Notes: generated by a model not told the origin, from the letters alone. A stretch of 64,000 nucleotides of DNA from Kangiellaceae bacterium (GCA_965230335.1 CBDDKS010000006.1:1569321-1633320), one strand, 5' to 3'. Shown: positions 28,501 to 36,441, counted from the first letter of the stretch. Numbers and translations are program-made.

Positions 28501-30858
28501 TGTGCCTGTATTAAATAAAGATTGAATTTTCTTTTGCTGTTCATCTAATAGAAATTGTTTATGAGATTCAAATGATTCAAAGATATCATCTCTTTTGGAT
28601 AATATTTCAGAAAGGTATTGTTCAGATTCTCCAAACTGGCTTTCTAGTTCGTCTAGCTGTATCAGTAATTTCGAGAGTTCTTCATCACATCGTTCCGGTG
28701 TTTTGCACAGATTCATGGCACTTTGAATACTTTGTTCTAACAAACGGAATCTTGCTGAAAACTGAGCACTGTTTTCCTTGGTGCGAAAGCTTTCTTGTTG
28801 ATTAATAAATACGGCTTTTTGTTGGTTAAGTCTGGCATAAAACTCGGAGATAGCATCTACAATGTGTGTCTGTATTGTTGCGTCTGTGACGGGTAAGCTG
28901 GATACGAGTTCTGATAATAAATCCAATCCTTCAGCCAATTGCTCCAGTTTGTTTATAAAGGGTTCGAGTTCTACTAATTTCTTGCAATGACCTGAGTCTT
29001 TAATAATATGTTCCAGTTCATCATGATAATGGACAAAGGCATTATCTTGTGAAAGAAATGCTAATGTTTTTTCATTGAGCTCTTTTTCTTTTTCTAATAA
29101 GGTTTGTTCCAGATCATGCACTTTGTTTAAATTAATATAACGGTATTCCTTAATGGTTAATAAATGTCCACGTTGTTCTTTGATTTTTTGTAGATGTTCC
29201 GCAAATAGTTGAGGAGAGTCCCAGGCGTCTGGTTGCAATTTATCTAATAATTCTTCTTGATCAGTTTCCGCTTCAAGGAGTTGTTTTTCTGAGTTTTCAC
29301 GAATATGTTTTACTTTTTCGTACTCATCGATAATAGACTCACAAGTCTGTGATACATCTTTTAAATCAGAAGCAATCGTTTCCAGTTCTTTGGATTTTAA
29401 CCAATAGTAATTATCAAAAATTTTTGAGCTGCGTTTTAAAACATCCTGAAAGTGTGTTGAAGAAACATCTTTTTTATCAACTAAACGAACAATAGCAAAT
29501 AGTTCAGAAATGCCACGCACCAATTCAGCATTACCAATTTTTCCATAAAAACTATCACTCTCTGATTGCTGACTGGCATACTCTTCTGAATAAAAAGGGG
29601 TTTGCCATATTTGTATAGGATGAATACGAGTGGCTTCTTCTTCGGCATAGAAAACAACTAATTTGCCATCTGGATAAATACCATAGCCATGACCAAAGAT
29701 AGGATTTTTCATACTTTGGTTAATTAAATTGTATGCAAATAAAGCAACAACATTGTGTTTAGGTTGGTAAAAGATAAAAAGTACATCTTCTCCATTGGGT
29801 GATTTAATCATTCTTTTAAATTTTAATCCATCATAATCATGATTAAATGTTTTGAACTCACTGGTTGTCAAAAAATAACCTTCAGGAAATATCAAACCAT
29901 GATCTTCAGGAAGTTGTATACAGGAATCACCAATAGAATCCAAACGTGTGACGGATTGATCTTTAGTATTAAAAATAAGGTAACGCCAATGTTCCTCTCT
30001 ATAAGGTTTTACCTTGATTAAAATTAATGCACCAACCTGACTATAGAAAAATTCGGCATCATCTAATGATTGTGTGGCATCATCGACTTCTTCTGTATAA
30101 ATACCTTCGCCATTATCTGTATTATCTTCTACCTTGATGGTTAAATGGTGATCTAATGTGTCTATAAAAACAGTATCGAGAATATTAATATGTGGATGAC
30201 GACCTTCAACGATATTTTTATGGTCACATTCTATCCATTCGAAATCATGTGTGGGAGGTAGTTGAATATCACGTTCACCTCGGTTATCGATATAATCAAT
30301 ACTACCATCCTGATGAATATTCCAACGAAATACCCGTATATCCGTTAACTTATCACCTATTTGAAATGCTGCCAGTAAGAGATTATCTTTTCGAACCAAC
30401 TGGGTTAAATAGGCATTTTTGTAATAAGAGTAGAGTTCTTTAAATTCTACTAAAAAAGTATCATTAACCAGAAAACTATCTTTTAAGGGTACATTAATCA
30501 GTTCAAACTTATTATCTACCGATTTAATATGATACAAAGAAAATACATCATCAATTTTGGTTTCTTTTCTTAAACCTAAGAAAACGTTATAGCCAAAAAG
30601 AATTTGGTTACCGATTTGTACCAGATCTCTTGCTTCACAATTATTATCTGTCCTTAAATTAATTCGAGACAAGATAGTCATATCCATATGTTGAAATTCG
30701 TTCAGTCTTTCCTGATTTAATTGTTCAATATGGTTATTTAATGTTTTGCCTTGTTGTTGCAATCTTTGAAAGATAACTTCGTAAGCACCACTTTCCGTTA
30801 CAGTATCATTGATGCTGGTATTCAGAGTACTGCTTTCTTGCTCTTGATTATCTGTCAC
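25546..30858 (-). CDS. Giant (1770 aa) protein with a MoxR/AAA_5-like AAA+ ATPase module near the C-terminus (about aa 1285-1440) and a 1280-aa N-terminal extension rich in coiled-coil.
   Basis: Walker A MISPPGYGKTTL. Walker B VMLYLDDIQH. Sensor-1 VVMAGNPYTESGD. Arg-containing LANRADIY. GTG start at 30858 with GGTGA 5 nt upstream and an in-frame stop 10 codons further upstream. The central approx. 500-1250 aa are strongly helical and coiled-coil. Confidence 0.8.
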   Translation of the reverse strand: MTDNQEQESSTLNTSINDTVTESGAYEVIFQRLQQQGKTLNNHIEQLNQERLNEFQHMDMTILSRINLRTDNNCEARDLVQIGNQILFGYNVFLGLRKETKIDDVFSLYHIKSVDNKFELINVPLKDSFLVNDTFLVEFKELYSYYKNAYLTQLVRKDNLLLAAFQIGDKLTDIRVFRWNIHQDGSIDYIDNRGERDIQLPPTHDFEWIECDHKNIVEGRHPHINILDTVFIDTLDHHLTIKVEDNTDNGEGIYTEEVDDATQSLDDAEFFYSQVGALILIKVKPYREEHWRYLIFNTKDQSVTRLDSIGDSCIQLPEDHGLIFPEGYFLTTSEFKTFNHDYDGLKFKRMIKSPNGEDVLFIFYQPKHNVVALFAYNLINQSMKNPIFGHGYGIYPDGKLVVFYAEEEATRIHPIQIWQTPFYSEEYASQQSESDSFYGKIGNAELVRGISELFAIVRLVDKKDVSSTHFQDVLKRSSKIFDNYYWLKSKELETIASDLKDVSQTCESIIDEYEKVKHIRENSEKQLLEAETDQEELLDKLQPDAWDSPQLFAEHLQKIKEQRGHLLTIKEYRYINLNKVHDLEQTLLEKEKELNEKTLAFLSQDNAFVHYHDELEHIIKDSGHCKKLVELEPFINKLEQLAEGLDLLSELVSSLPVTDATIQTHIVDAISEFYARLNQQKAVFINQQESFRTKENSAQFSARFRLLEQSIQSAMNLCKTPERCDEELSKLLIQLDELESQFGESEQYLSEILSKRDDIFESFESHKQFLLDEQQKKIQSLFNTGTRVLESIQRRTKKLNTQDELNTFFSSDTLVLRINELCDKLRTYDDTVKAETLLGKLKASKELSLKMLRDKADIYEEGGQVIKLGPRHKFSVNSQELDVTIIHREDALYVHLTGTDFFEKINHPEIDELKPFWHLSLYSETEEIYRGEYLSYSIIQSALENKENLTWSLLTDAVSDKSALKQLISQYIVSRYQEGYEKGIHDHDAALLLEKLIDAYNTSGALKYPALARAVAVVFWANHKEKPMCKNWPIRARNAQKISNIFSSNTAIMELNQEIASHLEEFTTEHHISVKETTSQLASEYLVVELGKEQGHFVSSKYADSIVHDFKLNLETQDLWKDYQKALKTLNGDIGKQWLLTSAWLNAFIISHNKTSYKSFLPEAIALLNTQQHLAFDVQQLDIQLNIEHLLGQHPRIQQQTMTIELDDYLERLAYHKHFIEPGYHKFQKMRQHLIQEQRNALRIKDFIPRPLTSFVRNQLINQAYLPIIGDNLAKQLGTVGDKKRTDLMGLLIMISPPGYGKTTLMEYIASRLGLIFMRINCPAIGHHTTSVDPEQADNSSARQELEKLNLAFEMGNNVMLYLDDIQHTNPEFLQQFISLCDGTRRIEGVWKNKAKTYDMRGKKFCVVMAGNPYTESGDVFKIPDMLANRADIYNLGDILGGQDDIFHLSYIENALTSNAILAPLVSRSMDDIYRFIDMTKNQQTSTNELEHQYSLSEIKEITNILDKLFSIQSIISKVNQCYIASSAQDDRYRTEPPFKLQGSYRNMNKIAEKISASMTDDELEQLISDHYQGEAQLLTKSTEENLLKLNELRNILSNDEKQRWEAIKKEFIKNKAIGGSNMEAGEKIVRQLHELVNNIAHFKEILSSSQTNSTQGQTLDDALTKKLLSELSKHFDKLVTAMDFPQPKVEVINQPVPGIKTLLEALTDTMQNSLLPLIKIMDGKLNIDLKTHEKMGEIEHQVGQLKQVLSEPSITHSSEKQSSAKDKKS

Positions 30859-30920
30859 CGGTTCACCTATTGATAAATCATTATTTGTTCAAAATAAAAA
30901 TATATTTACAGTATCATCAG

Positions 30921-30964
30921 GTGTTCTCAATTCATATGGTTAATAATATGGATATTGAGAACAC
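30921..30964. promoter_or_regulatory. Perfect 11-bp inverted repeat (GTGTTCTCAAT-N22-ATTGAGAACAC) in the 127-bp gap between flotillin and the giant ATPase gene. Operator or attenuator candidate.
   Basis: Read directly from the sequence at 30921-30931 and 30954-30964. The 22-nt spacer is itself partially palindromic (TCATATGG...TATGGATA). Confidence 0.4.
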
Positions 30965-30985
30965 TGATTCAAAACAGAATATGTA

Positions 30986-33016
30986 TTATTGATGATTTTC
31001 TGTATTGGTTTGATGGTCGATTTTTTCTGAGCCATTTCCGCCTAATATTTTTGAAAGAAGGGCAGAAATAATAGGGCTTTTCTCAAGAAAACCATCAACA
31101 GCATTTCCCATTCCTAATCCTTTTGCTAATTTATCAAAATAATCATTTTGACCACCAACAATATCAATATTAGCATTTTCCAATGCAGAAGCAATGACAT
31201 TTGCCTGCTCTCCTGCAACAATTTTGCTTGCATCGATATTGGCCAAGGCTTCTTTTAAATGAGCTTCCAATTTAATTTTAAACTCTTCAAATTCTTTAGC
31301 TTCGGGACTCATATTGTTCATGGCAGCAAATTTTTCTACCAACCCTTGTGCCTCTGATTTGGCTTTTTCTAAAATAATTTGTGCTTCAGCCAATCCTTTT
31401 TCTTTATCTGCTTTGGCTTCTGCAATACCTAACTGTTCTGTACCAACGGCTTCTGCTTGTAGTTTTTCTTCCAGGACTTTTGCTTCAGCCAGTCCTTCTT
31501 TTTCAAGTGCAGTTGCTTTTGATTCCTGTACTCTGGCTTCTGATAATCCGACTTCTTCTTTACCTTTTGCTGTCGCATTTAGTTTTTCCAGCATAATGGT
31601 CGCTTCTACTAAACCTTCTTTTTCATCTGCAAGTGCCTTGGCTTCTTTAACTTTTGCTTCGGCTAATCCTGCTGCGGCAAGTTGTGCCTGTTTACCTTCT
31701 GCCAGTTTTTTATCAGATTCTGACTTTTTCGCAGCGGCTTCCAATTCTGCCTGTGCCATCATATTAATTTCTTTAGCTCTATGTAATGCAGATTTTTCTT
31801 CCGCTTCGGCTCGCTTAATCTGATGAATCATAACTTCTTCAGCTTGTGCTTCGGCATCTAATATTTTAACTTGTTTTGAACGATCAGCTTCCGATACTTC
31901 TTTGACTTCTTTAATACGTTCTTCTTCTTCGGCAACCTTGCGTTCTACAGCGATACGTTCACTAATAGTGTTGGCAATAATTTTACGTTCTTCTTCCAAA
32001 TCTTTTTCTTTATTAATTTCTTCAATTTCAACATCTCTTTGACGACTGACAGCTTCTAACTGTTGAGCTTTTAATACTTTTTCTTTTTCTATAACAACGG
32101 CTCTTTCTTTATTTTGTCTGGCAACTTCCACTTGCCTTAAACGATTTTCTTCACGAACTTCAACCTGTTCTGCAACAGCAATACGTGCTTCTTCAGCTTT
32201 TAAATGTTCTTCGGATCGGACTTTTTCAATTTCCGCTTTCTCTCTTGCTTTAACGGTTTCAATTTCTCGTTCTTGCTTGGCTTCAGCATCAGCTTTTTGA
32301 CGTTCTAGAGCAAGTAAAGATTCTTTGGTTTCAACATTCTTTTTAGTGATCGCCAGCTCTTCATCTTTTTCCAGACGATTGGTTTGAATATTTTGTTCTG
32401 CAGTCACTTCAGTAATTCTTCGGATACCTTCAGAATCTAAAATATTATTAGGGTCCAGTTGTGACTTCGGTGTTTGCTCCAAGTAATCAATAGCCACGTC
32501 TTCTAAAACATAACCGTTTAGATCATCGCCAATAACATCAACAATTTTTTCTCTAAAAAGAATTCTATTTTCAAATAAATCCAAAAACACCATATTCTTA
32601 CCTACGGTCTTTAATGCTTCAGAAAACTTTGCATTAAATAATTCATTCACCGCGTCTTTATCAGAGGCTCTATCAACCCCAATGGCTTTGGCCACTTTTA
32701 AGACATCGTCCGGTGTTTCATTCACTCTAAGATAGAAAGCAACGGTAATATCGGCTCTTAAATTATCTTTACAAATCAAACCATCTTTACCTCGTCTATC
32801 AACTTCTAGTGTAATTAACGAAATTTTCATAATTTCCATTTTATGGATAACCGGAATAACAAAGGCACCTGTAAAGCTGACCTTGGGTTTATTAGAGGTA
32901 TTATTAACGATTAATGCATAGCCTTGAGATACTTTTTTATAACATCGAATAATGTATATAATAACAGCGAAAGTAATGAATGTTATAAAACCGATGATTA
33001 AATAAAGTGGTAACAT
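30986..33016 (-). CDS. Flotillin-like SPFH/Band-7 protein (YqiK-like) with an extended repetitive coiled-coil C-terminus.
   Basis: N-terminal TM segment. SPFH domain (VSFTGAFVIPVIHKMEIMKISLITLEV...). Long E/A/K-rich coiled coil with tandem approx. 22-aa repeats such as GLAEAKVKEAKALADEKEGL, GLSEARVQESKATALEKEGL and GLAEAKVLEEKLQAEAVGTEQLG. Confidence 0.85.
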   Translation of the reverse strand: MLPLYLIIGFITFITFAVIIYIIRCYKKVSQGYALIVNNTSNKPKVSFTGAFVIPVIHKMEIMKISLITLEVDRRGKDGLICKDNLRADITVAFYLRVNETPDDVLKVAKAIGVDRASDKDAVNELFNAKFSEALKTVGKNMVFLDLFENRILFREKIVDVIGDDLNGYVLEDVAIDYLEQTPKSQLDPNNILDSEGIRRITEVTAEQNIQTNRLEKDEELAITKKNVETKESLLALERQKADAEAKQEREIETVKAREKAEIEKVRSEEHLKAEEARIAVAEQVEVREENRLRQVEVARQNKERAVVIEKEKVLKAQQLEAVSRQRDVEIEEINKEKDLEEERKIIANTISERIAVERKVAEEEERIKEVKEVSEADRSKQVKILDAEAQAEEVMIHQIKRAEAEEKSALHRAKEINMMAQAELEAAAKKSESDKKLAEGKQAQLAAAGLAEAKVKEAKALADEKEGLVEATIMLEKLNATAKGKEEVGLSEARVQESKATALEKEGLAEAKVLEEKLQAEAVGTEQLGIAEAKADKEKGLAEAQIILEKAKSEAQGLVEKFAAMNNMSPEAKEFEEFKIKLEAHLKEALANIDASKIVAGEQANVIASALENANIDIVGGQNDYFDKLAKGLGMGNAVDGFLEKSPIISALLSKILGGNGSEKIDHQTNTENHQ
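31380..31720. repeat. Intragenic imperfect tandem DNA repeats (approx. 66-bp units) that encode the flotillin coiled-coil repeats.
   Basis: Recurring units of the form GCTTCTGC..AATCC(T/G)ACTT / TTCAGCCA(A/G)TCCTTCTTTTTC on the + strand. This also explains the spurious antisense ORFs at 31314-31823. Confidence 0.6.
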
Positions 33017-33047
33017 AAGGGTTTCCTTTAAGTGAGTTAGTGTGTTG

Positions 33048-33689
33048 TTAATCTAAAATGTTTTTTTCTTGAATGAGATAAATATTAGTTGATGCATCAT
33101 AATCATGGATGACAACGATATCGCCTTTACTAAAAGATTGATTGGTGTGCTTTGTTCTTACTTTGACTATCAGTGATGCACCATCTATGATACATTCGGC
33201 TTCACCAGTTTCTGAGTTAACTTTCAGCGATCGTATTTTACATTCTCGACCAATAAAAGATTTTTGACCTGAATCAGCATACAGTTTTCTAAAGACTTTT
33301 CTTAAGGGTTTAATAATTTGTGCTGTAATCGGTAATGAAAATGCAAAGCTACCAATTAAGACACCAGTACCTAAAACCCACTCTTTAATAAAACCTGAAC
33401 TCATCCAGTTTAATAGATAATGCATCAAGCTGAATGATATAATCCAGGAAACAAAAATAATGATTGTTAGTACAATCATTAACGGAACACCTGTTAATCC
33501 ACAAGAGACAAGAAAGGTTGCAGCACCTGAAATATCAGCACCCTCTGCTTCAATATCAATATCTATATCAAACAAGTCAAAATCGAATAGTCCCAGAGTA
33601 ACTAAAAACCAATAACCGATTAGTATCAATATCATGATCGTGTATACGACTGTTGGGTAATGACTTATTGTTTGTAAAAATGATTCCAT
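33048..33689 (-). CDS. YqiJ/NfeD-like membrane protein, the usual partner of SPFH/flotillin proteins.
   Basis: Three or four TM helices and a C-terminal soluble beta (OB-like) domain (KSFIGRECKIRSLKVNSETGEAECIIDGASLIVKV...GDIVVIHDYD). It is immediately upstream of the flotillin gene, as in E. coli yqiJK. Confidence 0.6.
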   Translation of the reverse strand: MESFLQTISHYPTVVYTIMILILIGYWFLVTLGLFDFDLFDIDIDIEAEGADISGAATFLVSCGLTGVPLMIVLTIIIFVSWIISFSLMHYLLNWMSSGFIKEWVLGTGVLIGSFAFSLPITAQIIKPLRKVFRKLYADSGQKSFIGRECKIRSLKVNSETGEAECIIDGASLIVKVRTKHTNQSFSKGDIVVIHDYDASTNIYLIQEKNILD

Positions 33690-33698
33690 TGAATCCTC

Positions 33699-34277
33699 TT
33701 AATGGTTATAGTGAATTTTTGAAGTGTTTTTCTTTTGATTGACGTACCAGGCACAAAAAACACCACTTAAAAAACCGAATATATGTGCTTCAAAACTAGT
33801 ATTATCCTGGAAATTGACTAATGTAAAAAACAGACCACCGTAAATAAATAAAGAGATTAAGGCAATTAATATACCTCGTATGGAACGATGAAACCAGCCA
33901 AAAGCAATAAGAAATCCCCAGTATCCCATGACTAAACCAGAAGCACCTATGTGTTCTGTGTCTGGGCGTCCAAATAACCATACCAAAATACCACCTATAA
34001 AAACAATGAAGGAAGTGGCAACAGGTAAATGCTTTGTTGAATAAACCAAGATACCCAAAATAAGTAGGGGTAAGCTGTTGGATATTAAATGTTGCATGTT
34101 GCCGTGTAGGAATGGCATAGTAATAATTCCAGTTAAACCATCGAGTTTACGTGGAATTAGTCCAGTAAGTTCATAGCCAAATACAATTTTTGAAATCTGA
34201 ATTAGCCATAAACAAACAATAAAAGCAATAAACCATTTTAGTTGAATACTATTTTTTTTCATCCTAGTTATTTCCAT
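33699..34277 (-). CDS. Rhomboid-family intramembrane serine protease.
   Basis: Six TM core with the catalytic GASGLVMGYWG (GxSG) and the downstream AHIFGFLSG histidine motif. Confidence 0.75.
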   Translation of the reverse strand: MEITRMKKNSIQLKWFIAFIVCLWLIQISKIVFGYELTGLIPRKLDGLTGIITMPFLHGNMQHLISNSLPLLILGILVYSTKHLPVATSFIVFIGGILVWLFGRPDTEHIGASGLVMGYWGFLIAFGWFHRSIRGILIALISLFIYGGLFFTLVNFQDNTSFEAHIFGFLSGVFCAWYVNQKKNTSKIHYNH

Positions 34278-34373
34278 AAACTAAACAACCTACTTTATAC
34301 CATATTTCATAAGCATTCGTCCAGAGAGTTGCTTTTCCTTAAATGTTAGATAGAAGAGATAAACAGGCTTTAA

Positions 34374-34745
34374 TTAGGCTTTTTTAAATAAAGCATTGCT
34401 GGGTTTTCTTTTTAGGCCGGCATCTTCGAGTTTTTTAAGATAATCAGTCCAATTTTTTTCGTAATTTTCTCCGAGCTCTTTTAGTGTACTCCATGTGTAT
34501 AAACCTGAATCATGACCATCGTCAAAATCAATTTTAACGGCATAATGACCAACAGGTTCAATATTGATAATTTGTACATCACTTTTTCCTGAAACCAGTT
34601 GCATAGGACCACCATGTTGACGCACTTCAGCGGATGGTGAAAATACACGTAAATATTCAGCAGGTAATTTATAAGAGATATTTTCAAAATCAACATTAAG
34701 AGTTTTTTGATGCTGGTGGTATTGAATGGTTTTTGGTGCGTTCAT
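34374..34745 (-). CDS. DUF971 (gamma-butyrobetaine hydroxylase-like N-terminal domain) protein.
   Basis: The 123-aa protein has the characteristic L.V.F.DG....Y....LR..CPCA-like core (YLRVFSPSAEVRQHGGPM...IEPVGHYAVKIDFDDGHDSGLYTW). Confidence 0.55.
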   Translation of the reverse strand: MNAPKTIQYHQHQKTLNVDFENISYKLPAEYLRVFSPSAEVRQHGGPMQLVSGKSDVQIINIEPVGHYAVKIDFDDGHDSGLYTWSTLKELGENYEKNWTDYLKKLEDAGLKRKPSNALFKKA

Positions 34746-34800
34746 CGGTCTATTATGTCAGATTATTACCTATCAGGATACTTTTTAATAGAGTTTCAGA

Positions 34801-34827
34801 TATGATGTTATTTTTAATAACATCATA
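34801..34827. promoter_or_regulatory. Perfect 12-bp palindrome TATGATGTTATT-TTT-AATAACATCATA in the divergent promoter region between the DUF971/rhomboid/flotillin block and the HTH-TPR regulator gene.
   Basis: Read directly from the sequence. It lies 56 bp upstream of the minus-strand DUF971 start and 124 bp upstream of the regulator start. Confidence 0.45.
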
Positions 34828-34950
34828 TCTTTACACAATGAATAACCAGACATTTAGTATTGATTTACTTTTGATCACAATAACAAAACTTTCTAAGTAA
34901 TCTCATCTTTAGTTTATAAAATATCTTGAAGATTAAGAGGACGATATTTT

Positions 34951-36258
34951 ATGGTAGATAACACTAAAACATATCAAGTCAACTCTTGTTTTCTAAAATA
35001 TAGAATGCAAGATAAACAATTAACGAATGATGCTTTGATTGCTAAATTTTTTGAAAAAAGTGAAAAGAAAATTGATCCTAGAACAATAACACGATGGAGA
35101 AATGAAAATCCAAAAATTTCAGAAAAAAATCTATATTTATTAACAGAAATACTAGATTGCAATCTGGAAGATTTGATTTATTTACATAATGATCAAATTT
35201 TTTTTGATATTGATAGAGAACGTTATGAGTTAGCTAAACAGTTTTCAGATACTTCTGCATTTTTAACATTATACGCATGGGGTGATTTAAAGAGTGGTAT
35301 TAATCTTATTACTTCCTTTTTAGTTCTTCCCGTACCTTTAAGTTGGGCTGAAAAAGTAAAGCTTTATTCTGCAGCCGCTTTTTTGCATTGCATGAATAAT
35401 GAGATAATTAAATCAAAAAAATATTGCTATATGATTTTGAAATGTGAAGATGATGAAAAATTTGTTGAAGCAAAAAAAATAGCTTATTTTATTTTGGGGC
35501 TTATTGAAATGTGTGATGCATTTTATGAAAAAGCAATGGATTATTATAATTTATCTTTAAACTATAATTCTTGTGTTAAAACAAAAAAAAATGAGTTTTC
35601 AGAGAAAGAAACAAGTAATTTTTATTATATTGATTTATTAAATAATATATTTATTGGTATCGTTATGAACCACCAAGGGTATTTGGAATCCAGCAAACAA
35701 CATTTTGAAAAATTTGTTACTGTGCTTAAAAAAAGTAATACGGTGTTAGAAACAACGATTTCATCTATGGGTCTATTCGGTTGGATCAATTTGTTAATTG
35801 AATTCGATGAAATTAAACAAGCAAAAAAAGAATTGATTGTTGCAAAAAGAATTGCAAGCAAACAGTATAATAATATATGTTTGTTAAAGTTTAATATGTT
35901 AGATGCATGGATAAAAATTAAAGAAAAGAAATATCAGGAAGCTCAAAAAGTGTGTGATGAAGTTATGAATATTTATCCTTTAAATTATCCTTCTTACAAA
36001 GCTTTTGAAATTGCAGCAATGGTATACAGAAAAAATAATGATATAGAAAAATTAAATTTTATACTTAACTTATCACTTGATAAATTTGATAACAAGCCAT
36101 GCATGTCTGGTATATATAAAGAGTTTGGTTTTTATTATATGCAACATAAAAATAATGAAAAAGCAGGATATTATTTTTCAAAAGCGCTTGATGCATATAA
36201 ACGGTCAGATGCTATGCCTAGATTTGATTTTTTAAAAACATGTATAGATTTGTATTAG
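34951..36258 (+). CDS. Transcriptional regulator with an N-terminal HTH (XRE-like) and a C-terminal TPR-like helical repeat domain.
   Basis: HTH region LTNDALIAKFFEKSEKKIDPRTITRWRNENPKISEKNLYLLTEIL. The C-terminal 300 aa are Tyr/Asn/Lys-rich helical repeats. It is divergently transcribed from the membrane block. Confidence 0.6.
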   Translation: MVDNTKTYQVNSCFLKYRMQDKQLTNDALIAKFFEKSEKKIDPRTITRWRNENPKISEKNLYLLTEILDCNLEDLIYLHNDQIFFDIDRERYELAKQFSDTSAFLTLYAWGDLKSGINLITSFLVLPVPLSWAEKVKLYSAAAFLHCMNNEIIKSKKYCYMILKCEDDEKFVEAKKIAYFILGLIEMCDAFYEKAMDYYNLSLNYNSCVKTKKNEFSEKETSNFYYIDLLNNIFIGIVMNHQGYLESSKQHFEKFVTVLKKSNTVLETTISSMGLFGWINLLIEFDEIKQAKKELIVAKRIASKQYNNICLLKFNMLDAWIKIKEKKYQEAQKVCDEVMNIYPLNYPSYKAFEIAAMVYRKNNDIEKLNFILNLSLDKFDNKPCMSGIYKEFGFYYMQHKNNEKAGYYFSKALDAYKRSDAMPRFDFLKTCIDLY

Positions 36259-36441
36259 ACTAATCTAAAATTCAATAAGGTTTTCTTTAGATAGAGTACT
36301 ATATCTTTTTATCGGACTATTTGTATAAACTGTTATTTTATTTGTATTAACATTATAAAGAGCGTTGACTCGGATTAGTTAAAGTGGTATTTATCCTTCA
36401 ATAAATGAGATGATTCTCTGGTTTAAAGGTTCATATATACA

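Noticed and set aside
31314-31823. 169-aa and 71-aa plus-strand ORFs (Ala/Ser-rich and Leu-rich) inside the flotillin gene.
   Set aside because: They lie antisense to a well-supported SPFH/flotillin CDS within its tandem-repeat region. Their low-complexity translations are the expected by-product of the repeats.
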